A stretch of DNA of 64,000 bases from the human T2T-CHM13v2.0 reference genome, Homo sapiens (GCF_009914755.1 NC_060925.1); one strand, 5' to 3'; shown: positions 1 through 21,113, numbered from the stretch's first letter. Notes: generated by a model from the letters alone, not told the origin. Program-made: numbers and translations.

Positions 1-1365
1 TGCAGAAAAAGCATTTGACAGCAAGTTCAACATCCTTTCTTGATAAAATCTCTTAACACGCAGGCATATAAGGAAAACTTCTCAACTAATGTAACAAAGG
101 CCATTTATGAAAAGCCCACAGCCAACATCATAATCAATGGGGAACAACTGAAAGCTTTTCCACCAAGATACAGTACAAGGCAGGGATGCCCACTCTCACT
201 GCTTCTATTCAACACAGTACTGGAAGTACTACCAAGAGCAATCAGATAAGAAAAAAATAAAAGGAATTCAAATTTGAAAGGAAGAAGTAAAACTATCTTT
301 ATTTGCAGACAACATTATCTTACATGTAAAAAAACCTCAAAGATTCATTAAAAAACTGTTAGAACTAATAATTCAGTAAAGTTGCAGGATTCAAAATCCA
401 TATACAGAGATTAGTAGCATTTTTAAACAAAAATAATAATTTAACTGAAAAAGAAATCTAGAAAACAATCCCAGTTATGACAGCATAAAAAAATAAAATG
501 CTTAGGAATAAGTTTAATTAAGGAGGTAAAAGATCTGTACACTGAAAGCTATCAAACAATGGTGACAGAAATCCAAGACAAAAATAAATGGAAAGATATC
601 CTGTGTTGATGGATTGAAAGAATTAATATTGTTAAAATGTCCATACTACCCAAAGAAGTACAGATTCAATACAATCCCTATCAAAATTCCAATGGCATCC
701 TTCACAGAAATAGAAGAAAAAATCATAAAATTAACTTTGGGATGCCGAGATGGGTGGATCACAAGGTCAGGAGATCAAGACTATCCTGGCTAACATGGTG
801 AAACCCCATCTCTACTAAAAATACAAATGGTGTGAACCTGGGAGGCGGACCTTGCAGTGAGCCGAGATCGCGCCACTGCACTCCAGCCTGGGCAACAGAG
901 CAAGACTCCATCTCAAAAAAAAAAATTTTTTTCATAAAATTAGTATGGAACCACAATAAACCCTGGATAGTGACAGCAAAACTGAGAAGGAAAAGAAAGT
1001 TGGAGCTACACACTTTCTGATTTAAAATTATACTACAAAGCTGGACTAACCAAAACAATATAGTACTTGCATAAAAACAGAAACACAGACCAATGGAACA
1101 GAACAGAGAGCCCAGAAATAAGTCCAAACATACACAGTCAACTAATTTTCCATTAGGGCACCAAAAAAAATGGGGAAACAATAGTTTCTTCTATAAATGA
1201 GGCTGGAAAAACAATTTCCATATCCAAAAGAATAAAATTGCACCCTTATACCATACACAAAAATCAACTCAAAAATTGACAAAAGATCTAAATGTAAGAC
1301 CTGAAATCATAAAACTCCCAGAAGAGAACATAGGGCAAAGCACCTTGATATTGGCCTTGGCAATG
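1..1365 (+). mobile_element. Old L1 (L1MA-type) ORF2 fragment
   Basis: Degenerate RT-domain translation ([18 protein letters not shown]). Confidence 0.8.
734..925 (+). mobile_element. Alu, 5'-truncated with an internal deletion
   Basis: Left-arm sequence jumps into the distal right arm; TSD TCATAAAATTA at 723-733 and 932-942. Confidence 0.85.
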
Positions 1366-4300
1366 CAGCACACCTGCTCTACCAAAAAAACAGTCAGACT
1401 GTTTCTTTGGGGGGGTCCCTGATCCTGTTCCACTGACTGGGTGAGACATCCCAACTGGGGTTTCCAGCCACCTCCTAAAGGTACATGCAGACTGGCAACA
1501 GGTCAGTACTCCCTGGGGATGGAGCTTCTAGAGGAAGTAGCTGGCTGTCATCTTTGCTGTTTCACAGTCTTCACTGGTGATATTTCCAGGTACGGGAGAA
1601 ACTGAGGCAACTAGGGTTTGGAGCAGATCCCCAGCAAACTGCGGCAGCTCTACAGTAGAGTGGCCTGTTAAAAGCAAAACAAACAGAAAACACCACCAAC
1701 AACAACAAAAAAGATCCCATAAAAACCTCATTCAAAGGTCAGCAACATCAAAGATCAAAGGTAGATAAGCCCACAAAGATGAGAAAGAGTCAACGTAAAA
1801 ACACTGAAAACTGAAAAAGCCATAGTGTCTCTTCTCCTAATGACTGTAACATTTCTCCAGCTAAGAACTGGGCTGGAGGCTGAGATGGCTGAATCGACAG
1901 AAGTAGGCTACAGAAGGTGGGTAATAACAAACTTCACTGAGCTAAAGGAGCATGTTATAACCTAATGCAAAAAAAGGTAAGAACCATGGTAAAACAGTAC
2001 AGGAGCTGATAGCCAGAACAGCCAGTTTAGAGAGGAACATAACTGATCTGATGGAGGTGAGAAACACAACACGAGAACTTCACAATGCAATCGCAAGTAT
2101 CAATAACAGAATAGACCAAATGGAGGAAAGAATCTCTGAGCTAGAAGATTATCTTTCTGAAATAAGACAGGCAGACAAGAATACAAAAAAAAAAAAAGGA
2201 AGAAGAAGAATGAAAAGGAATGAACAAAACCTCCAAGAAATATGGGATTAAGTAAAGAAACCAAACTTACAACTGACTGGTACCTGAAAGAAACAGGGAG
2301 AACAAAACCACACTGGAAAACATACTTCAAGAGAACTTCCAGGAGAACTTCCCCAACCTAGCAAGACAGCCCAGCATTCAAATTCAGGAAATGCAGAGAA
2401 CCCCAGGAAGATACTCCACACGAACATCAACCTGAAAAGACATAATCATCAGATTCTCCAACGTTGAAATGAAAGAGAAATGTTAAGGGCAGCCAGAGAG
2501 AAAGTCAGGTCACCTACAAAGGGAAACTCATCAAACTAACAGTGGATCTCTCAGCAGAAAACCTACAAGCCAGAAGAGACTGGGAGCCAATATTCAACAT
2601 TCTTAAAGAAAAAAATTTCTGACCCAGAATTTCCTATCTGGCCAAACAAAGCTTCATAAGCAAAGGAGAAATAAGGTTCTTTTCAGAGACAGCAAATGCT
2701 GAGGGAAGTCGCCAGGCCTGCCTTGCAAGAGTTCCTGAAGGAAGCACTAAATATGGAAAGGATAAACAAGTCTGAAAAATAACCAGCTAGCATCATGATG
2801 ACAGGATCAAATTCACACATAACAATACCAATCTTAAATTGTAAATGGGCTAAATGCCCCAATTAAAAGGCACAGAATGGCAAGCTGGATAAAGAGCCAA
2901 GACCCACTGGTATGCAGTCTTCAAGAGACCCATCTCAGATGCAAAGACACACAGGCTCAAAATAAAGGGATGAAGGAAAACTTACCAAGCAAATGGAAAA
3001 CAGAAAAAAGCAAGGGTTGCAATCCTAGTTTCTGACAAAATAGACTTTAAACCAACAAAGATCAAAAAAGACAAAGAAGGGCATTACATAATGGTAAAGG
3101 GATCAATGCAACAAGAAGAGCTAACTATCCTAAATATATATGCACCCAATACAGGAGCACCCAGATTCATAAAGCAAGTTCTTAGAGATCTACAAAGAGA
3201 CTCAGACTCCCAGACAATAATACTGGAGACTTTAACAACCCATTGACAATATTAGACAGATCACTGAGACAGAAAATTAACAAAGATATTCAGGACCTGA
3301 ACTCAGCTCTGGATCAAGTGGACCTGACAGATAGCTACAGAACTCTCCACTCAAATTCAACAGAATATACATTTTTCTGATAGCTACATGGCATGTACTC
3401 TAAAACTGATCACATAATTGGAAGTAAAACACTTCTCAGCAAATGTAAAAGAATGGAAATCATAACAAACAGTCTCTCAGACCAGAGCACAATCAAATTA
3501 GAACTCAAGATTAAGAAATACACTCAAAACCACACAACTACATGAAAACTGAACAACCTGCTCCTGAATGACTCTTGGGTAAATAATGAAATTAAGGCAG
3601 AAATCAAGAAGTTCTTTGAAACTAATGAGAACAAAGAGACAATGTACCAGAATCTCTGGGACACAGTTAAAGCAGTGTTAAGAGAGAAACATATAGCACC
3701 AAATTCCCCCATCAAAAAGCTAGAAATATCCCAAGTTAACAACCTAACATCTCAACTAAAAGAACTAGAGAACCAAGAGCAAACAAACCCCAAAGCTAGC
3801 AGAAGACAAGAAATAACGAAGATCAGAGCTGAACCGAAGGAGATAGAGACATGAAAAAACCCTTCAAAAAAAAAAAATCACCAAATCCAGGAGCTAGTTT
3901 TTTGAAAAAATTAACACAATATATAGACTGCTAGCTAGACTAATAAAGAAGAAAGGAGAGAAGGATCAAATAAACACAATCAGAAATGATATGGGGGATA
4001 TCACCACTGACCCCATAGAAATACAAACAACCATCAGAGAATACTGTAAAGACCTCTATGCACATAAACTAGAAAATCTAGAAGAAATGGATGAAATCCT
4101 GGACACACACTCTCTTCCAAGACTGAACCAGGAAGAAATTGAATCCCTGAGCAGACCAATAATGAGTTCTGGAATTGAGACAGTAATAACTAGCTTACCA
4201 ACCAAAAAAAGCCCAGGACCAGAAAGATCCACAGCTAAATTCTACCATGGGTACAAAGAAAAGCTGTCACCATTTCTACTGAAACTATTCCAAAAGACTG

Positions 4301-6829
4301 AAAAGGAGGGACTCCTCCCTAACCCATTTATGAGGCCAGCATCATCCTGATACCAAAACCTGGTGGAGATACAACAAAAAAGGAAAACGTCAGGCCAATA
4401 TCCTTAATGAACACTGATGCAAAAAGCTTCAATAAAATACTGGCAAACTGAATCCAGCAGCACATCAAAAAGCTTACCCACCATGATCAAGTTGGCTTCA
4501 TCCCCAGGATGCAAGGTTGGTTCAATGTACACAAACCAATAAATGTGATGCATCACATAAACAGAATGAAAGACATTATTATCCCAATAGACACAGAAAA
4601 GGACTTCGATACAATTCAACACTCCTTCATGTTAAAAACTCTCAACAAACTAGGTATTGAAGGAACATACCTCAAAATAATAAGAGCTATATATGACAAA
4701 CCCATAGCCAATACCATATTGAATGGGCAAAAACTGGAATCATTCCCCTTGAAAACTGGCACAAGAAAAGGATCCCTTCTCTCACCACTCCTATTCAACA
4801 CAGTTTTGGAAGTTCTGGCAAGGGCAATCAGGAAAGAGAAAGAAATACAGGTATTTAAATAGGAAGAGAGGAAGTCAAATTATCTTTGTTTGCAGATGAC
4901 ATGATCCTATATTTAGAAAACGTCATCTTCTCAGCACAAAAGCTTCTTAAGCTATTAAGCAATTTCAGCAAAGTCTCAGGATACAAAATCAATGTGCAAA
5001 AATCTCTAGCATTCCTATACACCAACAACAGGCAGTCAGAGAGCCAAACAGTGAATGAACTCCCATTCACAACTGCTACAAAAAGAATAAAATACCTAGG
5101 AATACAGCTAACTAGGGAGGTAAAGAAACTTTTCAAGGAAAACTACAAACCACTGCTCAAAGAAATCAAAGTGGATACAAGCAAATAGAGAAACATTCCA
5201 TGCTCATGGATAGGAAGAATCAATATTGTGAAAATGGCCATACTGCCCAAAGTAATTTATAGATTCAATGCTGTTCCCACTAAACTACCATTGACATTCT
5301 TCACAGAATCAGAAAAAAACTATTGTAAAATTTATATGGAACCAAATAGCTGAGATGATCCTAAGCAAAAGAACAAAGCTGGAGGTATCATTCTACCCAT
5401 CTTCAAACTATACTATTATAGTAACCAAAACAGCATGGGGCTGGTACAAGAACAGACACATAGACCAAAGGAAAAGAATAGAGAACCCAGAAATAAGACG
5501 ACACACCTACAAACATCTGATCTTCAACAAATGTGACAAAAGCAAGCAATGGGGAAAGGACACCCTATTTAATAAATGGTGCTGGGAGAGCTGGCTAGCC
5601 ATATGCAGAAAATTGAAACTGGACCCCTTCCTTACACCCTACACAAGAATTAACTCAAGATGGATTACAGACTTAAATGTAAAACCGAAAACTATAAAAA
5701 CCCCAGAAGAAAATCTAGGCAATACCCTTCAAGTCATAGGCACGGGCAAAGATTTCATGAAGAAAACACCAAAAGCAATTACAACAAAAGCAAAAATTGA
5801 CAAATGGCATCAAATTAAAATCAAAATAAGGAGCTTCCATTCAGCAAAAGAAATATCATGAGAGTAAATAGACAACCCACAGAATAGGAGAAAATTTCTG
5901 CAATCTATCTATCTGACAAAGGTCTCATATCCAGAGTCTACAAGGAACTTGAACAAAATTACAAGAAAAAAAACAACCCCATTAAAAAGCGGGCAATGGA
6001 CATGAACAGACACTTTTCAAAAGATGACACACATGTGGCCAACCAATATTATGAAAAAAAGCTCAACATCACTGATCATTAGAGAAATGTAAATCAAAAC
6101 CACAATGAGATACCATCTCATGTCAGTCAAAATGGCAATTACTAAAAAGTCAAAAAAAAAAAAAACAGATGCTGGCGAGGTTGCAGAGAAAAAGGAACCC
6201 TTTTACACTGTTTGTAGTGTAAATTAGTTCAACCATTGTGGAAGACGTTGTGGCAATTCCTCAAAGACCTACAACCAGAAATACCATTTGACCTAGCAAT
6301 CCCATTACTGGGTATATACCCAAAGGAATATAAATTATTATTTTATAAGGATACATGAACACATATGTTCATTGCAGCATTATTCACAATAGCAAAGACA
6401 TGGAATCAACCTAAATGCCCATCAGTGATAGACTGGATAAAGAAAATGTGGCACATATATACTCTGGAATACTACACAGCCGTAAAAAGGAATGATATCA
6501 TGTCCTTTGCAGAGACATGGATGGAGATGGAAGCCATTATCCTCAGCAAACTAACACAGGAACAGAAAAGCAAACACCACATGTTCTCACTTATAAGTGG
6601 GAGCTGAATGATGATAACACATGGACATATGGAGGGGAACACATTGGGACCTGTTGGGGAGGTTGGGGAGGGAGAGCATTAAGAATAATAGCTAATGGAT
6701 GCTGAGCTTAATACCTAGGTTATGCGATGATTTGTACAGCAATCCACCATGTCACATGTTTACCTATATAACAAACCCATACATCCTGCACATGTACCCT
6801 TAAACTTAAAAGTGGAAGGAAAAAAAAAA
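1366..6829 (+). mobile_element. Near full-length older primate L1 (about L1PA11-16/L1PREC2), nested in an older L1
   Basis: Partial 5'UTR, ORF1 remnant (about 1780-2760), ORF2 remnants (2795-6607) and a 3'UTR with poly(A). Confidence 0.85.
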
Positions 6830-7235
6830 CATAAGAATGGCCAACAGGTATATGAAAAGGTGTTGAACATCACTAATTATCAGGAAATGTAAATTAAAAC
6901 CACTATATTATAGACAACAAATACAGGTGATGGTGTGGAAAAAAGGGAATCCTAGTACACTGTTGGTGGGAATGCAGATTGGTACAGCCATTATGGAAAT
7001 AGTATTGAGATTTCTAAAGATATTAAAAATGGAATTACCATATTACCAAGCAACCTCTTCTCTGGGTATATACCCAAAGAAGAGATCATTACCTCATAAA
7101 GATATCTGCACTCCCATGTTCCTTGCAGATTGTTCATAGTAGTTAAGATATGGAAACAGCCTAAAGGTCTGTTGATGAACTAATGCATAAGAAAAATGTG
7201 GTATCTGTGTGTGTATATATACATATACATATACA

Positions 7236-7275
<40 letters not shown>

Positions 7276-8130
7276 GAGACAGAGTCTTGCTCTGTCGCCC
7301 AGGCTGGAGTGTGCAGTGGCACGATCTCAGCTTACTGCAAGCTCTGCCCCCCGGGGTTCACGCCATTCTCCTGCCTCAGCCTCCAGGGTAGCTGGGACTA
7401 CAGGCACCAGCCACCACGCCCGGCTAATTTTTTGTATTTTTAGTAGAGATGGGGTTTCACCATGTTAGCCAGGGTGGTCTTGATCTCCTGACCTCATGAT
7501 TCGCCTGCCTCGGCCTCCCAAAGTGCTGGGACTACAGGCGTGAGCCACCGCGCCTGGTGTGTATATATATATAACATAGTATACACACACATACACACAC
7601 ACATGCACACACACAATGGAATATTATTCAGCCTTATAAAAGAATGAGATTCTGCGACTTGCCACAACATGGCTGGACCTGGAGTACATTGCTAAGACAC
7701 TAACTGAAATAAGCCAGTCACAGAAAGAAAAATATTGTATGTTCTCACTCACATGTGAAACGTGTTTTTAAAAAGTCAACTATACAGAGATAGAGAATAA
7801 AATAGTAGTTATCAGAGGCAGGAAGGGTGGGAACGGGGGAAGAAATGGGGAGATGTAGGTCAAAGGATATACAGAAAAGCAGATACATAGTGTGAACAAA
7901 TCTAGAGACCTAATGTACAACATAAAGACTATAGTTAATAAAAATTATTTTGGATTAGGGATTCTTGTTAAGTAAGTAGATTTAGCTGCTCTTGTCAAAA
8001 AAAAAACTATGTGAGATGAGAGATATATTAATTTGCATCACTACAGTAACCATTTTACTAGCTATATGAATCACATAACATCATGTTGTAAACCTCAAAT
8101 ATGCCATATAAAATTTATTTTTTAAAAAAG
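6830..8130 (+). mobile_element. Old L1 (L1MA-type) 3' end, probably continuing the 1-1365 element
   Basis: Diverged ORF2 C-terminus and long 3'UTR, interrupted by an Alu. Confidence 0.7.
7258..7557 (-). mobile_element. Alu (AluY-like) with an adjacent (TA)n microsatellite
   Basis: Full Alu with GCAAGCTC/CACGCCATTCTCC diagnostics, flanked by GTGTGTATATATA on both sides. Confidence 0.9.
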
Positions 8131-9260
8131 AAAACTAGGTGAAAAGACAAGAGGAAGTTAAGAAAGTGTGTTGATAATTTGAAAATGAATTCTGGGTACA
8201 TTAAAAGATTTTGGAAGTTGGTAGGCTTGGTTCTTAAGTATATAAAAACATCTAGTATTTTTCTACTTCCTTGTTGCAGATATGACACTAGGATGAATTA
8301 TTTTTATGATAACACTCATGACTTTTTTTAAGGATTCACAATGGAATGAAGATAAGGCAAGAGGAAAGGCATGTTACTATTAAGTACAAACTCTGCTACC
8401 CACTGTTAGGTATCTTAGAAATGTCGCTTATTTAATTATCATAGAAACATGGTGAGATGATTGATTCTCACATATACAATATTGATTAAGAAATTGAAGT
8501 TGAAAGAAGTTAAGTAATATGTCCAATAGTACACAGCTAGTAAAAGTAGCAGCACTGTAATTCAAATCTGAGTCTCTAACTCCGGTATGTTCCTGAAAAA
8601 AAAAAAAAACAGGAATAAAAAGAGATAAAGAAAAAATAAGGGGCAAAGACTGAAGAAAGAAGAGAGGAGAGTTAAAGGAGAGAGAAACTTTCCATTAGTA
8701 ACTAGGTAAGAGTGGGAAATGAGAAAAGGAATTAAGATATATGTTTGCAAAAAAATGATTATCTGAAACAAAATTAGCTAATTTGTTCACAACAGAAAAA
8801 AGGGAGAGGATAAATTGTAAATTAGTTTTAAAGGAACTTGTAGTGTATTTCAATTCCCTACTCATATAGATAAGTTCAGCTCAAAAATGTTTATTATGTA
8901 TTCACCTTAGGACACCAGATATTTCTATGTGAATCATGCTGCCATTGCACAAAGAATTCCGTAAGTCTCTCAAAACTGCCTTCAGAGTTAAGTTTATGAG
9001 CAAGCAAACAAGCCTCATTACTTGATCCCCACATCTTGTTTCTGACAAAAAGTGATATGAACCAACTTGATCATCTAGTTTATTCACCCAACAAGTAGAA
9101 AGCTTCAAATTGTTTAGACCTACTTACAGCCTCTCTACCCTATACCTACACGTTTTAAAAAAATCCCAGTTTACCTTTATTCTATTACTAGTTTTATAAT
9201 GAACTGGTCAATGTTTTTGAAACCCCATCTTTGTTTTAAAAACTTAGAAAATTAATAAGA

Positions 9261-15367
<6,107 letters not shown>

Positions 15368-16099
15368 AGAAAATTCATAAGAATGCTATAAAACTACATG
15401 CAGTTGGTATGAAAATTATTAATCATTTTTTGATGGTATTCTTATTAGCAATAATTTCACTTTCTCCCTTTCTTTCTACCTCTCAGACTTCATCTACTTT
15501 TTGGCTGTGAGCTCTTTGTTGGTTTTTCTCATTCTGTCTTGCTCTCTACTGTTTCTTATTGCTTAATCTTGCTTTGTTGACGTGTATTATAAAAGAACTA
15601 CTCTACATGCTTCACACCCTAGAGATTTTTTTTCATATGGTAGTAACTAAGAAGATCAAGTTAAATCCTTTAAATGGAAGGAAAAGTGTCAAAATAGTAT
15701 CTAGAGGGTGAATAAGTGGCTATGTTTGTAATTCTTTAATAGACTATCTTTATAGTCTACCTTTTTAGTGGATTAAAAAAAAAAACAAAGAATGTAAAGA
15801 AGACTAAATTGGCTCCTCTAGGCTTGCTACATATCTTTGGTTGACAAGCAACCAGAGGTGGTGGCAAAGGAACAGACTGGTAATTGGAAAGCTGATCTGA
15901 CCCAAAGCGGAGAGAAGTATATTCCCCCACCATACAAAATTAGGCAGAAAAAATAAGTATCTGCTCATATCCACATGTCCAATTTCAGTCTGAGGTCTAC
16001 CACTAAACATATTTACTGATTTCCAGAAGTTATTAACAATAATAATAAGTTAATGTTCATTACATAGTAATCATGTGCTAGCACTCTGCTGAGACCTTC

Positions 16100-16496
16100 T
16101 GCTATAATTTGGATGCTGTCCATTTAAATCTCATGCTAAATTGTAATCTCCAGTATTGAAGGTGAGGCCTGGTAGGAGGTGAATGGATCATGGGGGCAGA
16201 TCCTCATGGCTTGGTGCTATTCTTACAATAGTGAGTGAGTTTTTGTGAGATCTAGTTGCTTAAAAGTGTATGGTACCCCCCGACCCCTACTCCTGCTCTC
16301 ACCATGTGATACACCAACTCATCCTTTGCCTTCTGCCATGACTGTAAGCAGCCCAAGGCCTCACCAGAAGCCGAGCAGATGTGGTGCCATGTTTCTTGTA
16401 CAGCCTGCAAAACTGTGAGCCAATTAAACCTCCCTTCTTTATAAATTACCCAGGCTCAGAAATTTCTTTATATCAATGCAAGAATGACCTAATACA
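16100..16496. mobile_element. MaLR LTR (MST-type)
   Basis: TG...CA ends with MST-like text (ccttctgccatgactgtaag..ctgtgagccaattaaacctc..ctaataca). Confidence 0.8.
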
Positions 16497-16499
16497 CCT

Positions 16500-17800
16500 G
16501 CTAAGATTGAGTGGTAAGCAGGATGAACATGAGTCCCCCTTTCCTCAAGAAGTTGATAATCTAATTAATAGAAAAGATATTAAAATAACTATTAAACAAA
16601 AGGATATTATAATTATAGTAAGTGCTATGAAATCAAGTACAGGTTGCTTATAAAAGTAAATACAGGGAAACTGATGACTATGGAAAACTGATATTAAAGT
16701 TTAGACATGAAGGATAAATAGGAGTTAGGTGAAAACCATTCCAGTAAAAGCAAGCACCATGCAAGACAATGCTGTACAGAGTAACAGTTTGGTGTATTCA
16801 CAGAACACAGAGGCTAATACAGCTTGACCGTGATGATTAAAGGGGGAGAATGGTCATGAAAAGTCTGGAGAATTGGCTAGGCATCACATTACATGGGCTA
16901 CTGCAGGCTACACTAAGGATTTAGCATTTAATCCCCAGAACAATAAGAATCTATTAAAGGGTTTTAGGCAGGAAACTGCCATTTAGATTTGCAATCTTAC
17001 ACAATCTATGCTATGTAGAGAATAAAGCTGGATAAGAGAGTGTGTGTGTAGTGATTAAAGAAAAGGATACAGCCTAGGCAAGAGATTACTAGTGACTTGA
17101 ATTAGGGAAGTGGCAGTGTTGATGGAGACAAAATGACATATTTGAGATATATTTAGAAGTAAGAATAAACAGGACTTCGTAATTGATTGTGGGGTATAAG
17201 GTGAAGAAGATATCAATCATAGTTTTCTGCTATGAGTAACTAAGGAGATAATGTATAATTAAGATGGGGAACACTGGAGAAGGAGCTGGTCTGAGAGCAA
17301 GAACCAAGGTTCTATTTGGTACATAGTGAGTTTGAGATAACTGTTGGTAGACATACAACTGGATTCAGTTACACAGATGGACTATAGGCCTGGAGCTCAG
17401 TAAGGAAGTCTGGGCCGAAGGCATAAATGTGGGAATTCATAGACATGCATAAATATTATTTGAACTTCATGTGAGTACTTACAAACACCTAAGAGTGTGG
17501 CATTAGAAAGAATGAACCTCAGGTATACTCACTCGAATGTCAACATTTAAGAGTTGGGTAGAAGAGGTGAAAAGGGGACTGAGAACGAACAGCCTGCAAA
17601 GGAGGAAGAAAATCAGTAGAAATGATCATGGAAGCACAGAGTCCAGAGTGTTTAAGTAAGGTGGAAGTGGCCAAATATGATAGAGAGTCCTTAAAGATTA
17701 ATTCGCAAGATCAGCTTTAGTGAAAGACTATAAAAGATGCTGGATTGAAATTAGGTTAAAAAAAATAGATAGTAGTATGGATAATCTTTATCATTCAAGA
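16500..17800 (-). mobile_element. L2 remnant
   Basis: Diverged L2-like text (aagtgctatgaaa..aagggttttaggcagg..ggcctggagctcag). Confidence 0.55.
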
Positions 17801-17985
17801 AATCTGGATCACCCCTGTACGAAGATTCACTATCTCACTTAATCCTCAAAATTACCATTATCCTTATTTTATAGATGAGGACACTGAGGTTTACCCCAAG
17901 GTTATGGGACAAGCCTAATTTTCTCATGTCATCTAGATGAGCCCTAAAAGTCCTTCTACTTCCATGAAAAAATAAAATACTATAC

Positions 17986-18074
17986 CTCTGTTTCTGTTCC
18001 ACAGTCATAATAAATTTAGCATCTTTCACAAGAACAGAAGCAGCCTGTTGCACACCCTTCCTTGTTGCACAAAA
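17986..18074 (-). CDS. HFM1: HFM1 exon 13 (FCATRKGVQQAASVLVKDAKFIMTVEQKQ, motif IV)
   Basis: CAG| acceptor after an 80-nt intron and AG|GTATAG donor; 89 nt, ending in phase 2. Confidence 0.94.
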
Positions 18075-18154
18075 CTGAAAATAAATTCATAACGTTTGTA
18101 TTAATCATGTTAAAAACTGAATATACTAAAAAATAAGCTATCAACAATCCATAC

Positions 18155-18355
18155 CACAAGTGTGGGTTTCTGATCAGAGTACATTTGTATAACACTGGCA
18201 ATTTTGTAGTTGAGGGTTAAATCAAACTTAAACTCAGTTTGGTTACTACTGCAGGGAAATCCAAGGACCACTTTCTGAAGTTTCACTGGTCTATGGCTCT
18301 CATCCATTTTCAGACACACAGCTGGTCTTTCACCATCTGAAAGCCATTCTGCAAT
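18155..18355 (-). CDS. HFM1: HFM1 exon 12 (IAEWLSDGERPAV...RPVKLQ...KPTLV)
   Basis: ORF track 18110..18319; AAAG| acceptor and |GTATGG donor; 201 nt. Confidence 0.95.
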
Positions 18356-20657
18356 CTTTGAAACACAAAAACATGTGCATTAAAATTTTCTTCTAGTAAA
18401 GTTTTATTGCTAAAAACAACCCAATTACAAAGCACTTTAAGGTCAAGCTATAAAAGTATTTAATCAAGTATGCTGTCTTTTTCAATATTACATATTCCAT
18501 TAATATTATTCTGTTGATATAGTGGTCAACACTACCAATAGTAGTATTTCAAGATTATACCCACTTTTCACCATGGTAAACTTCCAATTAATTATTATTA
18601 TTTTGTTTTATTTTCCTTCATAAGAATCCAAAGAAAAATTAATTATCAATTTTGTCATAGAGGCCAAATTTCTCACTATTATTTTAACTTCTTTGCTATT
18701 TTTGAAAACTATGCCTCAAAATGGCTGACATCTCTTTTGTGTTGTCCTAAATATTAGATAAATAGCAGCAAATTAATAGTTGGTTTAGGTTGGCAAGGGT
18801 TGACAAGTTTTTAAGCAAACAACAAACACTTGAGAGATGCCAGTGCCAAAAGCAAACTTCAGACTCAAGCTAGATTCTGGAACTGTGGTAAGCAATCCTT
18901 ATCTTTACATAGCCCAGTTAATAATCAGGCTCCATGCTCTGCTATGAAATTGACTGTTGTTTTGACAGGTAGAAAACATTAAAATAATCTCAAGGTTATC
19001 ATGAGTAGGGATAAGATCACATAAGAATTTACAGACAGAGGGGAGCAGAAGGCCAAGAATAAAAACCTTAATTTAGGGAAAAACGGAGGAAGAAGATCTG
19101 ACAAAAGAGACAGAAACAGCATTCACAGAAGTAGTGTTTATCACAAAGGGGAAAAGTTTCAAGAATTAGACAGTACTAGTACATAATAATTGCTTACAAA
19201 TAAGTTAAGAAAAATTTAGTATTCCAATGTGAAAAAAAGGCAAATGACATAACCTGGCAAGTTTTAAAAAAAGAACTCAAAGTAGTTGATAAATATATTT
19301 AAAATTTTACCTTAGTAGAAATCAAAGAAGTAAAAAATTTTTAAATGAGATACTACACTCAACAATAAATCCTATAAATATTTAAAAATAATAATAGCAA
19401 TAATAATTCCATTATTATACTATCCAGTGTTAGGATACAGGAAAATAGCCTCTGGTAGAAGTGTAAATGAATATAACATTTATTGAAAGAAGCACTTCTT
19501 TAGAGTTTTATATATCCTTTGATTCAGTTAATTCATTCTAGAAGTTCATCCTAAGGAAATAATCATGGATGTTTCAGATACATTAATTTCACTGTTTACA
19601 ATAGCAAAAATTGGAAATAACTTAATCTTCCATTGTTATAGTGTTTGATAAATAAATTACAATAAAACCACAAAAATAGTATTGAAGAATATTTAATGAT
19701 ATAAAAATGTTTAAAGGTGAAATGCAGGTCAAAAAAAAGAGTATGTACATTATGATTCCTACATGCTTACAAAAAAAAGTATGTACATTATGCTTCCTAC
19801 ATGTGTAAAGATAAACGCTAGGATTTAGTTTTGTTGTTGTAATAAACTTTAAATTTTTCTATATTATTCTTGAAAAATATGAACAAAACAAGTTGTCATT
19901 TCAAGAACAAGAAAATGATTAATTGTGCCAAATTAACGATAAAGACAAAATATTCCATTGGAATAGACAATATAGTGGCTATTTGTGAAAACAATTTCTA
20001 AGAAGTAGTAGGGGAAAACCAGTATTATAGTAGGCTGAGAAGTAAGTAGGAGTGAGAAAGTAGAGTGAGACTATTATTTTTCAAGACGTTTACTTAAAAA
20101 TTGAAGAAAAAATTAAGTCATATATTCATTATGGAAAGTATAATAGTGCACATGATTATTTCTTTACATGTCCATGTACCCCATTAACCATGAGATCCTC
20201 CTCAAGGACGGAGTCCATATATTTTCACTTTTGCATCTATATTTAGTGCTTACCACAATGCCAAGCATACAGAATTGAGGAGCAAGTGGTAATCATCTAA
20301 GCAATTATTTTTATTCTCCACCATACTTTGCTATACAATTAGAGTCAGCTAGTTACAACAACCATCACATATTGTTAGTGAAGTTACTATGAGGCACCTG
20401 AAACCCAGGAAACTAAGACTGTTAGATACTAGCAAACGAGATGTCCACATGTCCACAAAAAATGTTTTATTAAACCTGATTAACCAAATTTTATGGCCTT
20501 AATACTGTTATATTTATGAGATCTAGCCACAACTTTCTACAACATACTTTCCTATTAAAGGAAAGGACAAAAAAATTCACTTTTCTCTATGATCAAGATG
20601 ACTAAATATTTCACAAGTCATAAAAAACCTAAGAGCTCAGTTAAAATTGTAACTCAC

Positions 20658-20816
20658 ATCCTCAGCATTTGGAATTGTTGCAGATACAGCTACAAATCGC
20701 ATTGGAATAGCAGTGCTGGTATTTTTTAAAGTCTGAGAAACAGACTGTACAGTTTTCATTCTGCTAACTACAACTTCAAGAGTTGGACCACGATTTTCAT
20801 CTTTTACAATATGTAC
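20658..20816 (-). CDS. HFM1: HFM1 exon 11 (VHIVKDENRGPTLE...VSATIPNAED, motifs II/III)
   Basis: Completes DE|VH and contains the SAT motif III; TTAG| acceptor and |GTGAGT donor; 159 nt. Confidence 0.95.
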
Positions 20817-21035
20817 CTAAGCAGGAAATCAAGAAAAAATCATTAGCTATAGAATTAAAAATACATTTAATCAATTAAAATATTCAATAATATTAACATT
20901 CTTGCTTGAGAAAATGAGCATTTTCCACTTGAAGGGATAAAACAAACATATAGTTTGGTTGCAATGTCTTTTTTCTTTCTGTCTTATTCTAATTATCCTT
21001 TTATGTTTATCTCTGAAAGCGAATGCATTCATTAC

Positions 21036-21113
21036 CTCATCAATGAGAAACAGTCGAACCAGCTGAACCAAAGAGTTGTCTCTCCATTTCCTAGTCATGC
21101 TATCCCATTTTTC
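21036..21113 (-). CDS. HFM1: HFM1 exon 10 (EKWDSMTRKWRDNSLVQLVRLFLIDE)
   Basis: ORF track 20871..21098; TAG| acceptor and |GTAATG donor; 78 nt. Confidence 0.95.

Noticed and set aside
8902-9108. Minus-strand ORF as a possible HFM1 exon 14
   Set aside because: The translation lacks the expected continuation (helicase motif HHAG region); the next exon lies beyond the left edge.
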